The notes under the pieces are model-generated. The model did no database searches, was not told the origin of the DNA, and was given only the letters and a program-made list of their open reading frames with translations. Positions 46,101 to 55,712 of a stretch of DNA of 62,145 nucleotides are shown piece by piece; the stretch's first letter is position 1; each line of letters begins with the position of its first letter. Made by a program: the position numbers and the translations under genes. The DNA lies in contig JADZBC010000015.1 of assembly GCA_020852295.1 (NCBI GenBank), positions 1 through 62,145 of the forward strand, written 5' to 3'. This stretch comes from a bacterium. GTDB taxonomy: Bacteria; Patescibacteriota; Saccharimonadia; CAILAD01; JADZBC01.

Positions 46101-49100
46101 CCTGTGTCAGCAAGGCTACAAGGTTACTAAACGAGTTAGCTACCGAATATGCTTTCGTGCTCGCCCGATTCAGCGTCATGGCGCCATTAAACATCGGCGT
46201 GTCATGCGACAGGTCGTAGACCGTTTCAGTTTCTCCGGTGCGCACATTGATGCTGGCCGCCGTCGGTCTCTGCTGGAAGATGAGCCCTAATATTCCGTAT
46301 TCAGGCCCAAAAACGCCAAGTAGGAAGTTACCATCTGTCTTATATGCATTGAAGAGCAGGAACTCTCGCTCAGGTTTGGTGTAACTGGCCTTAAAGGTGT
46401 GCTGGCCCGGCGTGAGACCAGAAACCTGCGCACTCCACTTGCCATCACGCCCAACCTTCACCTTGATTGGCCCTCGGCTATCAACCGTTAGATTGATTTC
46501 CGTATCGCCTGCGCCTGTGCCTGCAACGGTTGTCTCTGCCCCAATCGTCGCACCTGAAGTCGGCGAAGTTATGACAAGTGGCCTGATAGTCGCAGGCGGT
46601 ACAGGCATTTTGACATTTTCAAAGCCCATGATTCGGCTAGCACCAATATCACTCACCAGCATTGTTTTAGTTGATGCATCATAGAACGTTGCGTACGGCA
46701 CTAAAACATTATCCCTACTCACTAGCAGCTGTGATTGATCACCAAACAGAATAAGAGCCAGGAAGCCAGTTACGCCAGCGCTGGTTTGATTGAGGATCCC
46801 GAAGACCTTTTCGCCATCATCAATCGAGTTCGTGTCATAGATGTTGACGCGACCAAGTAAAGTATCGGTCACCATCAGGCCTTGCGAGGCTGGATCAAAT
46901 GACATCGCCAGAGGGGTAAAGAGGGTACTATCTGAATTGCGCAATAAAGACTCATAAATGGCAGTTGGGTCGCCGCCCCCACCAATCAGACCAAAAGCAA
47001 GCGAAATCAGGCCATATGACTGAGTCATACTGGCCTGCCCTAAGACGTGCGATGCCGGCTTGTTGTTTGAGAGACTAGCTGTGTCAAATTGCAGAATACG
47101 AGCGAAACCAATGTCACCAACAAAGAGGCGATTCTGAACCGGGTCAAAGGTAATACTATTCGGTATCAGGAAGTTTGAAGCGCTTGGCTGCGGTACATTG
47201 GGTGCTGCACCAGTAATAAGGCCGAGGAGCGTCTGCCCAACAGTCGTAAAGTCACTCTGTCCAAGTACGTAGCTCGCAGGCATACCGTTCGCGATACTGT
47301 TGAGGTCATAGACTGTTACGCGGTTCGCGATCGGATCTACCACGAACAAGCGGTTGCCGGCGGAATCTACTGTCACGCCCATTGGTAATATCATGTTACG
47401 TTCATTGAGGCCATTGTAACTACCGCCAGACAGATAGGCCTGTAGTGCGTCAAAGGTACTTGGCATTGAATTGAAGCTTGGCTTACCGATAACATAGCTT
47501 GCGTTCATGCCATTGGTCGGATTACTCAGATCATACACCATAATACAGCCGCCCAGCTGGTCGGCTACAAACAGGCGGTTACGCACTGGATCGTAAGCGA
47601 GAGGGTTGGAGGCACTAGCCAAGCCAGCTATGGCGCCCTGGGCAAAGTCTGGCAAACCTTCATCACTATTACCTGAAAATACAGCTGGAGGAAACGATAG
47701 CCCAACAAGTTTATTTTGACCATACCACCCACTCAGATCGTCGTCGGGGCCCGGTGGACGCTGCAGAGACACACCAAGATCCTGGGCTGATGAGTTCTCG
47801 TACATATTTGGTTGGCCGATCACAACATCAGCCGATGAAGATACCGGTCGATTATTTTGATCAAGATTACGGATCAAGACACGATTGTTGGCTGCATCAG
47901 CGATAATCATGCGATGTCGGATCGGATCAACTATCTGACCTGTTGGAATATCCATCCCCTTGGCGTTTGTAGACGGATTATCCGCACGAGTATTTGACCA
48001 TTGTGGGCGACCATCACCGGTAGTCTGGCCAATGATGCCGATGGCTTCTTCATTGTTGGCTATCGTCGCAACATCATAAATGAGAATTCGATTCAAGCTC
48101 GTGTCTGTCGCGTACAGTTTCTGCCCAGAAGAAACAAACTGGCTGTTGTATTTATTTGCCGAGGTACGGCTCCACTCGGTCAGAGGGGTGGTAAAATCTG
48201 GTGCACCGAGTACGTTAACGGCTGCTTCGCCATTCGTAATCTGAGCGACATCAAATACGAGTGTACGCCCACCATTATTACCTTGGGCACAGTTTTGTGG
48301 GTTCTGCTCGTCAGCACGAATGCACCACACCTCATCATCACCCACAAACAATCTTTGTGTTTGTGGATCAATTGCCAGGCTGACAGGCTTAAACTCCGAT
48401 GCCGATATTGTATAAGGTGTGGTTGAATGCCCTTCGTTGGTATAGTTCGTTTGCCCGAGAACACCCAATACGTCAATTGTTCTTATCGGGTCTTTCTCGC
48501 GGGTGTCTGCGGCGTCCAGCACAAGGACTCGATTCTTACCATTATCGGCCACATACAGTCGATCGTTCACGCTATCAAGCGCTAACCCCCCATTGGCGTA
48601 ATAAATGTTGCTTTCCGAATCGCCATTAAAATTATTTCCGAGACCAGAATACGGCAGCATACCATTAGAGATATTTGAAAGATCATAGAAGTAAACGCCT
48701 TGATAACTATTGCCTTTCCCGACGTATAGGATCTGGTTTGTATCGTCTGCAAGAAGCGCTCTCGAATCATCAAGGTTCTGATCCCACGGTCGCCCTGTTT
48801 CCATAGTTGTAAAATCTGACTGGCCAATAACATTACTGGCTGCCATGCCGTTTGCAAGGGTTGTCGTATTGAACACTAAAATGCGTCGAGCCTCATTCCA
48901 AACGTCAGAGCGACCACTATCCATCACAAACAGTCGACCATTCGTTGGCGTAATTGCGAGCGCAGTTGGCCGATATAGACTCGATGCGGTGGTCGCACCG
49001 TTCGGTGCTGTGTTGGAGCTAAGACTATTCTGGCCAATAACATAATCAGCCGTCGTATCAGTCAGCTCGTTCTGATTGCTAAGGTTAAAGACTAGAACCC

Positions 49101-49425
49101 GATTGTTTTTTGAATCTGCCACATAGAGACGGTGACGAATCGGATCCTCGACGACGCCCTGAGGATTGTTTACGCCAGCGGCGTTCGGCCGCGCAACGTT
49201 ATTTCGGTTTGCTCGTGTGAAATCAGGTTTATCCTGGCTGTCATATTGACCGATCACAAAGCTGGCACTTGGTTTGTCAGCTCGAGAGAGGCTAATCGTC
49301 AGTAAAATAATCGAAATGACCGAGGATAAGCTAACCAGAACGATCGTGATAATAGAAAAAATCCGCGTCAGGCGGTACTGCTTGAGTAAGTATTGCTCGG
49401 TTGGACTTTCAGACATCTTGCTCAC
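43105..49425 (-). CDS. Giant membrane sensor histidine kinase with an NHL-repeat beta-propeller ectodomain
   Basis: 2106 aa. N-terminal TM helix. Many NHL-like repeats (DSKNNRVLVFN, ADNGKNRVLVLD, AANNRVLIRN, IANRVTVYD ...). Pro/Thr/Ser linkers and internal TM helices. C-terminal HisKA H-box FISLASHYLNTPIT and HATPase_c boxes (VDNAIKF, DNGPGI, GQGLSLYL). Confidence 0.85.
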   Translation of the reverse strand: MSKMSESPTEQYLLKQYRLTRIFSIITIVLVSLSSVISIILLTISLSRADKPSASFVIGQYDSQDKPDFTRANRNNVARPNAAGVNNPQGVVEDPIRHRLYVADSKNNRVLVFNLSNQNELTDTTADYVIGQNSLSSNTAPNGATTASSLYRPTALAITPTNGRLFVMDSGRSDVWNEARRILVFNTTTLANGMAASNVIGQSDFTTMETGRPWDQNLDDSRALLADDTNQILYVGKGNSYQGVYFYDLSNISNGMLPYSGLGNNFNGDSESNIYYANGGLALDSVNDRLYVADNGKNRVLVLDAADTREKDPIRTIDVLGVLGQTNYTNEGHSTTPYTISASEFKPVSLAIDPQTQRLFVGDDEVWCIRADEQNPQNCAQGNNGGRTLVFDVAQITNGEAAVNVLGAPDFTTPLTEWSRTSANKYNSQFVSSGQKLYATDTSLNRILIYDVATIANNEEAIGIIGQTTGDGRPQWSNTRADNPSTNAKGMDIPTGQIVDPIRHRMIIADAANNRVLIRNLDQNNRPVSSSADVVIGQPNMYENSSAQDLGVSLQRPPGPDDDLSGWYGQNKLVGLSFPPAVFSGNSDEGLPDFAQGAIAGLASASNPLAYDPVRNRLFVADQLGGCIMVYDLSNPTNGMNASYVIGKPSFNSMPSTFDALQAYLSGGSYNGLNERNMILPMGVTVDSAGNRLFVVDPIANRVTVYDLNSIANGMPASYVLGQSDFTTVGQTLLGLITGAAPNVPQPSASNFLIPNSITFDPVQNRLFVGDIGFARILQFDTASLSNNKPASHVLGQASMTQSYGLISLAFGLIGGGGDPTAIYESLLRNSDSTLFTPLAMSFDPASQGLMVTDTLLGRVNIYDTNSIDDGEKVFGILNQTSAGVTGFLALILFGDQSQLLVSRDNVLVPYATFYDASTKTMLVSDIGASRIMGFENVKMPVPPATIRPLVITSPTSGATIGAETTVAGTGAGDTEINLTVDSRGPIKVKVGRDGKWSAQVSGLTPGQHTFKASYTKPEREFLLFNAYKTDGNFLLGVFGPEYGILGLIFQQRPTAASINVRTGETETVYDLSHDTPMFNGAMTLNRASTKAYSVANSFSNLVALLTQGSDDVTGNQSIVNFINKLSSDVSIIDTETQKVTGTIKIKPDKYGIADAQYVAPSPSASATPTDTTTPDPSVTPTDTPTPDPSASPTVTPLPSPTKANSAFGVLGFGMGPNDGKAYAYVVTFAPTPQGYKLQPYLQPIDLVHNTVDADPIPIGQGLSTGDEDQALMYIIATMFFGADIKTQPQSNNVWVRDGLGFSVLDSSTDTWLPSANPIPMGQIVPNDAPFFFGFNDFDFSKDGKHLYSTMIGSNSMINLNTQTRQTDSALPFMALSEDALFLPLNVTTSKTTGKLYASGIKASRVTLPSPEPSASSTPQPSELAGAFESAKFNYGTIEMNPVPTSFADEQEQADYLASIQNIYTDIDRADLSNAFGDSAEELNPIFLLLSILGTGQPSLSYDDQHLIMPYLNLQLQPFMGQQNLLLPVGTYEYRMLNLQSRTVDRTLQLSDPDMFLPYIMLFMSSFGLGNNRGGDYVGYLPSKSSSHSVIANVPGPVVTVTPERRDPSGSPIVETPVPFSPSPDSSTEPTGAPTGSGSANSSSGPGSVVIEQGSVADIISKANSFMGQVGNSIISGVKLIPAPAALGFPWLLLFLLLVLAARLVWQARREIQANRRLRELLTKRQQINEDETNFISLASHYLNTPITIIQGAIDVLYTTKKIPQSTAKKLQDMTKRIADKAKLISSNLSGGRADTAGTITPEDMPKSIVMRPAVIVAISLVVALVIISNWLFIGAGTLQLSAINIITQLVALGILVQFVVSSQRYRQHSAQDLALVQAQLKQIERLEKTRDEFLHETVGELNTDVETLRKYLSATGGLSNKQVKDGLARLQSLLARLDLLSTIERSAKKLQKSTFSLGGLAGDIKTTYAKGLKAKGIELELQGLEGFSVRQSREMLDLVLTALVDNAIKFAPEKTGRVVVSAQRKGEEVLIRVSDNGPGIAEAKRDSLFKPFSRTQSALKFDYEGQGLSLYLAKLILGKNDGEIALNERGLQGGATFEVRLHDKS

Positions 49426-49644
49426 GTGGCTCGTTGAATATATTCATTTTACCCGCATAACGGTCATGCTTGCAAGCAAATTTCCAGATATAAGTGGGCT
49501 GGTTGGCGTGCGGTTACGGAGATAACAAAATTTACGTATTTTTTGTTGTTTTTTTTACACTATTTATGGTAATTTTATTACTAAAAATTGCTATGCTTGC
49601 ATATTCGCTTTTTGTTTGTTTATCATCTGTTGAGGAGCATAAAT

Positions 49645-51141
49645 ATGTACGCAAAAACAATGAGCATTAGCCATGTTGGCTATGATCCCCATAGAGTAGA
49701 AATTGAAGTCGACCTTTCGAACGGTCTACCAGGCTGCACGATCGTCGGAATGGCACAGCGAGCCGTCGATGAGGCGCGCGACCGCATCCGGTCGGCCTTT
49801 CGTAATTCCAATTTGAATTTTCCGCAAAAGAAAATCACCGCCAATCTAGCCCCTGCCGACCTACCAAAGCGATCAACCGGATTCGACTTAGCGTTAGCTG
49901 TCGCAATTTTATCCGCGTCCGGTCAAGTGCCCACTCAGCCACAAAATACTCTTTTCTTCGGTGAGCTTGGCCTCGATGGCGAAATTCGCCCTACTCAAGA
50001 CTTTTTTGCCGTTGCGTTGGATGCTCCAAATGGCAAATTTTCAACGATTATTACTTGTCCAGAAAATGTTGTAAATATTCCTACTTCTATAGGTTCACAT
50101 ATCTTAACAGCCACCCACTTACGCGATGTTTACCAGCACCTCATTGGCGAGACAGCACTACCAAGTCACTCCGTCCCTGCCAGGCTGACTGTCTTGGACA
50201 ATCAGCAAATAATAGATTTTATCGATATTGCTGGCCATGAGTTTCCGAAACGCGGACTTATCATTGCTGCGGCCGGAGGGCATAATGTCTTAATGACTGG
50301 GCCGCCCGGAAGCGGCAAAACCATGCTTGCGAAAGCCTTTGCGAACATTTTACCGCCACTAACTCACGAAGAGTACATTGAGAATCAGAAGATACGCAGC
50401 CTGTGTGGTCACACACTGGATTCGCATTATTCACGACCCTTTCGAAGCCCCCATCACACCGCAAGCCTAACCTCATTAGTGGGCGGCGGCACAATTCCCC
50501 GACCCGGCGAAATTAGCCTGGCCCATAACGGGGTACTATTTCTTGACGAATTACCTGAGTTTAGCCGTAGTGCAATCAACTCATTACGCCAGCCGCTTGA
50601 GGAGAAAGTTATTGCTATCCATCGAGCGAACGGTGCACAAGTATTTCCAGCTAACTTTTCACTGATCGCCGCACAAAACCCCTGCCCCTGCGGATTTCTG
50701 ACTGATAGCTCTCGTGAATGCACTTGCAGCGCTGGCGCTATTGCCCGATATGCAGCCCGAGTTTCTGGCCCGATCATGGATCGAATAGATCTTAAAATTG
50801 AGGTCCCACGACTGGCTATTGATGATATTTCTACAACAAAAGTTGATGGTCGTATCTGTAGCGATCAAATCCAAAAAAACGTAGCAAAGGCCAGATACAA
50901 AAATTCTGAGAGGCGCAAACATGCCAGCGCAGCAAAAAATCGAACTCTACTAGTGGATTCGCTCGATATGACACCAAAAGCTGCAGCTTTAGCTGCCAGC
51001 CAAGCTGAACGCTTGGACTTATCGGTCCGGGCCTACCACAAACTCTTGCGTGTTGCCCGTACTATCTCTGACCTTGAGGCCAGCGATAACGTTGGTGAAG
51101 ACTCAGTTCTAGAAGCGTTGCAATATTTTACGAGAAACTAA
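49645..51141 (+). CDS. comM: YifB/ComM family Mg-chelatase-like AAA+ ATPase
   Basis: Start at MYAKTMSIS after GAGGAG. Walker A GPPGSGKT, Walker B VLFLDELPEF. Typical C-terminal domain. Confidence 0.9.
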   Translation: MYAKTMSISHVGYDPHRVEIEVDLSNGLPGCTIVGMAQRAVDEARDRIRSAFRNSNLNFPQKKITANLAPADLPKRSTGFDLALAVAILSASGQVPTQPQNTLFFGELGLDGEIRPTQDFFAVALDAPNGKFSTIITCPENVVNIPTSIGSHILTATHLRDVYQHLIGETALPSHSVPARLTVLDNQQIIDFIDIAGHEFPKRGLIIAAAGGHNVLMTGPPGSGKTMLAKAFANILPPLTHEEYIENQKIRSLCGHTLDSHYSRPFRSPHHTASLTSLVGGGTIPRPGEISLAHNGVLFLDELPEFSRSAINSLRQPLEEKVIAIHRANGAQVFPANFSLIAAQNPCPCGFLTDSSRECTCSAGAIARYAARVSGPIMDRIDLKIEVPRLAIDDISTTKVDGRICSDQIQKNVAKARYKNSERRKHASAAKNRTLLVDSLDMTPKAAALAASQAERLDLSVRAYHKLLRVARTISDLEASDNVGEDSVLEALQYFTRN

Positions 51142-51422
51142 AGCTTGATGAGTTTATAAACGGCTGGCCCGAGCGCGGTATTGGTAAATAAGTACCACAG
51201 GATTAAGTAGCTGAGCATAATTGCACCCATCACAATGAGTGTGTGTCGAATTTCATGACCAACATATTCAAAGCCGGTGGTGACGAGCTCGTTTTTCGGT
51301 TTCGCCGGGGCCGACTTTGTCGTCGCTTCTACCTTAGCCTCGCTCTTAGCGGCCTGAGGCTGCTGAACTGAAGCTGCTTGCTTTCTGAACTTCTTTTTTT
51401 GTGCTTTACGTTTCTTTGCCAT
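51138..51422 (-). CDS. Hypothetical small protein (Lys-rich N-terminus, C-terminal TM helix)
   Basis: Start at MAKKRKAQKKK, or 7 codons upstream. No family recognised. Confidence 0.4.
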   Translation of the reverse strand: MAKKRKAQKKKFRKQAASVQQPQAAKSEAKVEATTKSAPAKPKNELVTTGFEYVGHEIRHTLIVMGAIMLSYLILWYLFTNTALGPAVYKLIKL

Positions 51423-51496
51423 ATCCAACATTGTATCTTGCAAACAGCGGAAATACCAGTCCGTTGCATGATATAATGATGAATATCTGAGGAGCC

Positions 51497-51973
51497 ATGG
51501 AAACAGTACTAATTATTGTTACTTTGATACTACTTGGGGCTGTTGGTTACACCCTACGCGAAGTTATCTTGCTCAAAAACCGGTACGGCCAATTCCTACA
51601 AGGCGCTGAAGCAAAAACGATTGAGCGACTACTCAAAACTTACTCCCACGATGTTGCACAAGTCGATCATAAACTCGAGCAGCTAGCGGCTTTTAGCGCT
51701 AAACTACATCAGACAACTGGCCGGGCACTTACCAGGCAGGGCTTTGTTCGGTTCAATCCATTCAATGACACCGGCGGAGATCAGAGTTTCTGTTTGGCAG
51801 CGATTGACGCTCACGGGAACGGCTTTGTGCTCTCCAGTATTCATGCTCGAACCGGCACCCGCATGTATGCCAAGGAAATTATCAAGGGTGAGTCACCACA
51901 CCACCTATCAGACGAAGAATCAGTCGCCCTCAAAAAAGCACTGGATGTAAAATTACCATTCCCGCAAGCATGA
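51497..51973 (+). CDS. DUF4446-family protein
   Basis: 158 aa. N-terminal TM helix. FVRFNPFNDTGGDQSFCLAAIDAHGNGFVLSSIH is typical of DUF4446. Confidence 0.65.
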   Translation: METVLIIVTLILLGAVGYTLREVILLKNRYGQFLQGAEAKTIERLLKTYSHDVAQVDHKLEQLAAFSAKLHQTTGRALTRQGFVRFNPFNDTGGDQSFCLAAIDAHGNGFVLSSIHARTGTRMYAKEIIKGESPHHLSDEESVALKKALDVKLPFPQA

Positions 51974-52350
51974 AAATTTTTCAAAGAAAGCCAAATGAAG
52001 CTTTGTCGCACGAAACGGGTATCGTGATTTCTTCCCGGGCGACCGTTGAGGGCGAACTGAATACCAATGAAGACGTACATCTTGACGGTGAATTCACTGG
52101 TAATCTTGTTACGACTGGACTTGTCGAAATCGAGGCTAACGGCAAAGTAGCCGGCTCAGTAAAATCTCGTTCACTACTTGTGGCCGGAAAGCTAATAGAT
52201 ACAGAGGCTGAGTGCAGAGACGCGATCGAGCTACTGCCAAGCGCAATTGCCCGTGCCAATCTGTCATCACGCACCATAGAAATTCAAAAAGGCGCCTATT
52301 TTGTAGGTAAAATAACAACGAAACAAGACCATGATCTACTACATACTTGA
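51970..52350 (+). CDS. Bactofilin-like polymer-forming protein
   Basis: 126 aa. Repetitive beta-helix-like pattern (GEFTGNLVTTGLVEIEANGKVAGSVKSRSLLVAGKL). 4-nt overlap with the upstream gene. Confidence 0.65.
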   Translation: MKIFQRKPNEALSHETGIVISSRATVEGELNTNEDVHLDGEFTGNLVTTGLVEIEANGKVAGSVKSRSLLVAGKLIDTEAECRDAIELLPSAIARANLSSRTIEIQKGAYFVGKITTKQDHDLLHT

Positions 52351-53131
52351 TCATTCAAGTAAATCCAGCCTTGAGGAACGAACACGTTCACAGATTGTAA
52401 GCTGGTTAAAGCAGCACAATCTGGCCGGTGAATTTGCTGAAGCTCATTCACCACAACAGATGAGCGAGCTTGCCCTTTCGGCGGCAAAGAAAGACTTTAA
52501 AACAATTGTTGCGATCGGTAACGACCGTTCTCTTCAGGCGACCATAACTGGCTGTCTCGCCGTAGAGCAAGATATCGTCGTCGGATTTATCCCTACGCAG
52601 CACGGTAGCTTGGCTGCGGATGCCCTAGGGCTATCAGATTGGCGTGCAGCCGCACAAAACATCTCTGGTCGCAAAACCCGACAACTCAAGCTCGCGCAAA
52701 GACCACATGGCTATTTTGTATTTGAAGAATCTTTCGAAACAGACACAGAGATGATACCGGAAGCCACAATAACGATAGATGGTAAGCTACGGATAAAAAC
52801 ACCCCTGAACCAAATTATTGTTCGTCACCAAACGAACAGCCTAACAGATACAGACAAAGCATTTATCGTGGAGGTCTATGCGAAAAATAGTACCGCAGAA
52901 AAAACACTACAGAGCAGCAAATCAGTGTTTTCTGGCATTGCACAGCTCGCAAAAACCAAACTTAGCCCCGCAAACGAGCTAGTGGTGCGCATATCTGCAG
53001 ATCACGTCGCACTGTCAGCCGGTAAAAATCATCTGTTGACGAGCACCGGCGAGAAAATTGGCTTCCCTTTTGAGATTTCGCCGAGCGGACGCACTATCCG
53101 GCTCATAGTTGGGAAACATTCACCCCTTTAG
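52331..53131 (+). CDS. Hypothetical protein, diacylglycerol/lipid-kinase catalytic-domain-like (degenerate)
   Basis: 266 aa. IVAIGNDRSLQATITG occupies the place of the GGDGT motif. Weak call. Confidence 0.35.
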   Translation: MIYYILDHSSKSSLEERTRSQIVSWLKQHNLAGEFAEAHSPQQMSELALSAAKKDFKTIVAIGNDRSLQATITGCLAVEQDIVVGFIPTQHGSLAADALGLSDWRAAAQNISGRKTRQLKLAQRPHGYFVFEESFETDTEMIPEATITIDGKLRIKTPLNQIIVRHQTNSLTDTDKAFIVEVYAKNSTAEKTLQSSKSVFSGIAQLAKTKLSPANELVVRISADHVALSAGKNHLLTSTGEKIGFPFEISPSGRTIRLIVGKHSPL

Positions 53132-53134
53132 GCC

Positions 53135-53163
53135 TTGATCTATTAGGTTCAAAGTGGTATCAT
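53135..53163 (+). promoter_or_regulatory. Promoter TTGATC-N17-TATCAT upstream of infC
   Basis: Read directly. About 27 nt upstream of the ATT start, with GGAGAAAGAGA in between. Confidence 0.5.
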
Positions 53164-53190
53164 AGCCAGGAGCTTTTTAGGAGAAAGAGA

Positions 53191-53721
53191 ATTAAAAAAC
53201 GTTTTCGGCTTAATCATGAGATTCGCGCTGCCAAAGTTCGCCTTCTGGACGAATCTGGACAACAGCTCGGAATACTCAGCTTGTCCGAGGCGCTCAGTAT
53301 CGCCCAGGAACGAGGATATGATCTAGCTGAGGTTTCTCCATCAGCCGACCCACCTGTCGCCAAACTTATTGACTGGGGTAAATACCAGTACGAACAAGGT
53401 AAGTTAGCTCAGAAGAGTCGGAAAAAGCAAAAAAGTATCGAAGTAAAACAGATACGACTCGGTCTCAAGATCGATGAGCACGACCTAAACGTTAAGATTC
53501 GGTCAGCTCAGAAATTTCTCAACCAAGGCAATAAAGTAAAGGTTAACCTGCGCTTTCGTGGAAGAGAGATTACTCACCCAGAACTTGCAAAGCAAGTACT
53601 TGATAATTTTTTCAGCTCACTCGATGGACTTGCAACCATGGAGCAGGCACCTAGCCTGTCGGGTCGCGAGATGTCAATGGTGCTGAATAGGAGCAAAGAT
53701 GCCAAAACTGAAAACGAATAA
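53191..53721 (+). CDS. infC: Translation initiation factor IF-3 (ATT start codon)
   Basis: The frame extends upstream of the track ORF to an ATT preceded by GGAGAAAGAGA. The N-terminus IKKRFRLNHEIRAAKVRLLDESGQQLG matches the IF-3 N-domain. A non-canonical AUU start is classic for infC. Confidence 0.9.
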   Translation: MKKRFRLNHEIRAAKVRLLDESGQQLGILSLSEALSIAQERGYDLAEVSPSADPPVAKLIDWGKYQYEQGKLAQKSRKKQKSIEVKQIRLGLKIDEHDLNVKIRSAQKFLNQGNKVKVNLRFRGREITHPELAKQVLDNFFSSLDGLATMEQAPSLSGREMSMVLNRSKDAKTENE

Positions 53722-53893
53722 GACTATGAGCAAGCGCGTGAAGGTGACCGCCTCAGGCAAAATCCTACATCGACGCGCCACTCGTGCCCACAAACTTTCT
53801 ATCAAGTCTGCAGCCCGTAAACGCGGCTTTACGCTTGAGCATGAAAACGCCAAGGGTGACAGTAAAAACATTAAAAAACTCTTAGGAATCTAA
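53699..53893 (+). CDS. rpmI: 50S ribosomal protein L35
   Basis: 64 aa. MPKLKTNKTMSKRVKVTASGKI. Confidence 0.95.
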   Translation: MPKLKTNKTMSKRVKVTASGKILHRRATRAHKLSIKSAARKRGFTLEHENAKGDSKNIKKLLGI

Positions 53894-53895
53894 CA

Positions 53896-54237
53896 ATGCG
53901 AGTCAAACGAGGGGTTACAGCCCGCCGCCGCCACAAAAAAATACTACAAGCCACAAAAGGAATGTCGCGTATTCGTCGCGCATCTTTCCGCAAGGCTAAC
54001 GAGGCCGTTCTTAAGGCACTCTCCTACCAGTACCGCGATCGCCGAAACAAGAAGCGCGACATGCGATCTCTCTGGATCACTCGAATCAATGCCGCATGCA
54101 AACAGAATGGTACGAGCTACTCAAAATTCATTGCCGGCCTAAGCAAGAATCAGATCAAGCTCAACCGAAAAGTGCTTGCCGAGCTAGCAGTGTCTCAGCC
54201 AAAAGCCTTCGAAGCAATCGTCAAGGCCGCCGAGTAG
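53896..54237 (+). CDS. rplT: 50S ribosomal protein L20
   Basis: 113 aa. MRVKRGVTARRRHKKIL...YRDRRNKKRDMR. Confidence 0.95.
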   Translation: MRVKRGVTARRRHKKILQATKGMSRIRRASFRKANEAVLKALSYQYRDRRNKKRDMRSLWITRINAACKQNGTSYSKFIAGLSKNQIKLNRKVLAELAVSQPKAFEAIVKAAE

Positions 54238-54245
54238 CATCAATT

Positions 54246-55712
54246 CTAGTTTGAACGCTCAAAAACCAGGCTAACCACCTGGTTTTTTTGTTGGATGAAT
54301 CCTACCTGATAGGTATTGTTAGTGTCACCAGCTACCTGCCCTAGTTCACGCTCAGACGACAATAGTAATCGATACTCTTTTGGTAGTTTTACTCTGAATT
54401 TGATCTGCTGGTCAAAACCCCCCGCCTGCTTCTCAAAAAGACTAGTCAGACTCAACTTATTATCTTGTAATGCATATTTAAACGGCAAAGAGTAGCGAAA
54501 TGTCACCTCATTGCTCTGCAGCGGCGCTAAAATGTTTTGATAATTTACACTCGTCCGCCCTTCCTCATCGCGAACAGACAGCTGACTAGTGTCCAATGAA
54601 CTATCGATTAGTTTACTGCCACGCGGAAGATACAGTTTAACCTTGTCTACGTTTTGAGCTACAAGCCACCTGGTGACATTATCCGCCGGGTCAAGGTATT
54701 GATGCTGATAGTCGGAAGTATGAGTTCGTCGAATGCGCAAATTAACCGTTGCCTCTCCAGCGCTTCCGATACTCAGTTCTTGATCAATTTCTTGGCGTAT
54801 AAACGGGCTGCTTTTATTCGCGCCGATATTTGCTTCGCCGACCAATATACTATTGCCGGAGAAATCAGATAGACGCCCAGCCATATCATTGGCTTCGAGT
54901 TTTGCCTGAATAGCCTTATCCCGACTATAGAGCATAAATTGCTTCTGCTGAATCATCTCTTCAAGAATCTTTGTTGTCTGGCTAAGGTCGGCGATCTTTT
55001 TTTCCAGAAGCTTTTGAATAACCTGATTACCAAGTGTACCTAAAATGGTTTTTGGGTCCTTTTTGTTCTGCTTATCTTCACCACTCTCAACTTCAAGCTG
55101 CACTTCGGTAAGGAAGTTATCTTCAGTGACGGTGATGCCATATTCTTTCAACTCTACTGGACCAGTGGTAGCGAGCAGCTTTTTAAAGGTTGTTGGTGTA
55201 ATTGCTACAACATTATCTACCTTTTGACCTGACTCTATTTCGAAATACTGGGCCGCCAATTCAGCACTTTTGCTCCAATCTAGATATATACCACTATCTC
55301 GCAAGTGCATGCGGTCGATAAACCCGATCATTTCTGGTGGAACCGGCGTTATGCTAGGACGATCATCAATCCTGTGGTCATAATAATATACACTCCGTAT
55401 AGGCTGAAGCTTGTATCCACCCGGACCTGAGTTGAGTACACCAACAGACCCAATAAAACCGCCGCCGTAGCGCAGCTCAGCGTTGTTCTGAAACAGCAAA
55501 AGTGTCGTCTGCTGCTTGTTTGGATGTATAAAGTGGGAATATATTTCAAGATATTGATTGTTCGTTGCAACTTTTGTAGCTGCCTGGTATAGACTTGCCA
55601 GGGAGACAATCCCCAGATAAAAACCAAATATGACAGCACTCACCACGAACGTCCTGATGTGAAGCCCGAGAAAGGTCTTTGACTTAGTTCTTTTTCTGAC
55701 GCGCTTCATCAA
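54246..55712 (-). CDS. DUF4012 domain membrane protein
   Basis: 488 aa. N-terminal TM helix. FQNNAELRYGGGFIGSVGVL is typical of DUF4012. Envelope-locus context. Confidence 0.7.
   Translation of the reverse strand: MMKRVRKRTKSKTFLGLHIRTFVVSAVIFGFYLGIVSLASLYQAATKVATNNQYLEIYSHFIHPNKQQTTLLLFQNNAELRYGGGFIGSVGVLNSGPGGYKLQPIRSVYYYDHRIDDRPSITPVPPEMIGFIDRMHLRDSGIYLDWSKSAELAAQYFEIESGQKVDNVVAITPTTFKKLLATTGPVELKEYGITVTEDNFLTEVQLEVESGEDKQNKKDPKTILGTLGNQVIQKLLEKKIADLSQTTKILEEMIQQKQFMLYSRDKAIQAKLEANDMAGRLSDFSGNSILVGEANIGANKSSPFIRQEIDQELSIGSAGEATVNLRIRRTHTSDYQHQYLDPADNVTRWLVAQNVDKVKLYLPRGSKLIDSSLDTSQLSVRDEEGRTSVNYQNILAPLQSNEVTFRYSLPFKYALQDNKLSLTSLFEKQAGGFDQQIKFRVKLPKEYRLLLSSERELGQVAGDTNNTYQVGFIQQKNQVVSLVFERSN
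54261..54289 (+). terminator. Intrinsic terminator of infC-rpmI-rplT (CCWGG-stem hairpin + T7)
   Basis: AAAAACCAGG-CTAACCA-CCTGGTTTTTTT. Overlaps the last codons of the convergent DUF4012 gene. Confidence 0.7.
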
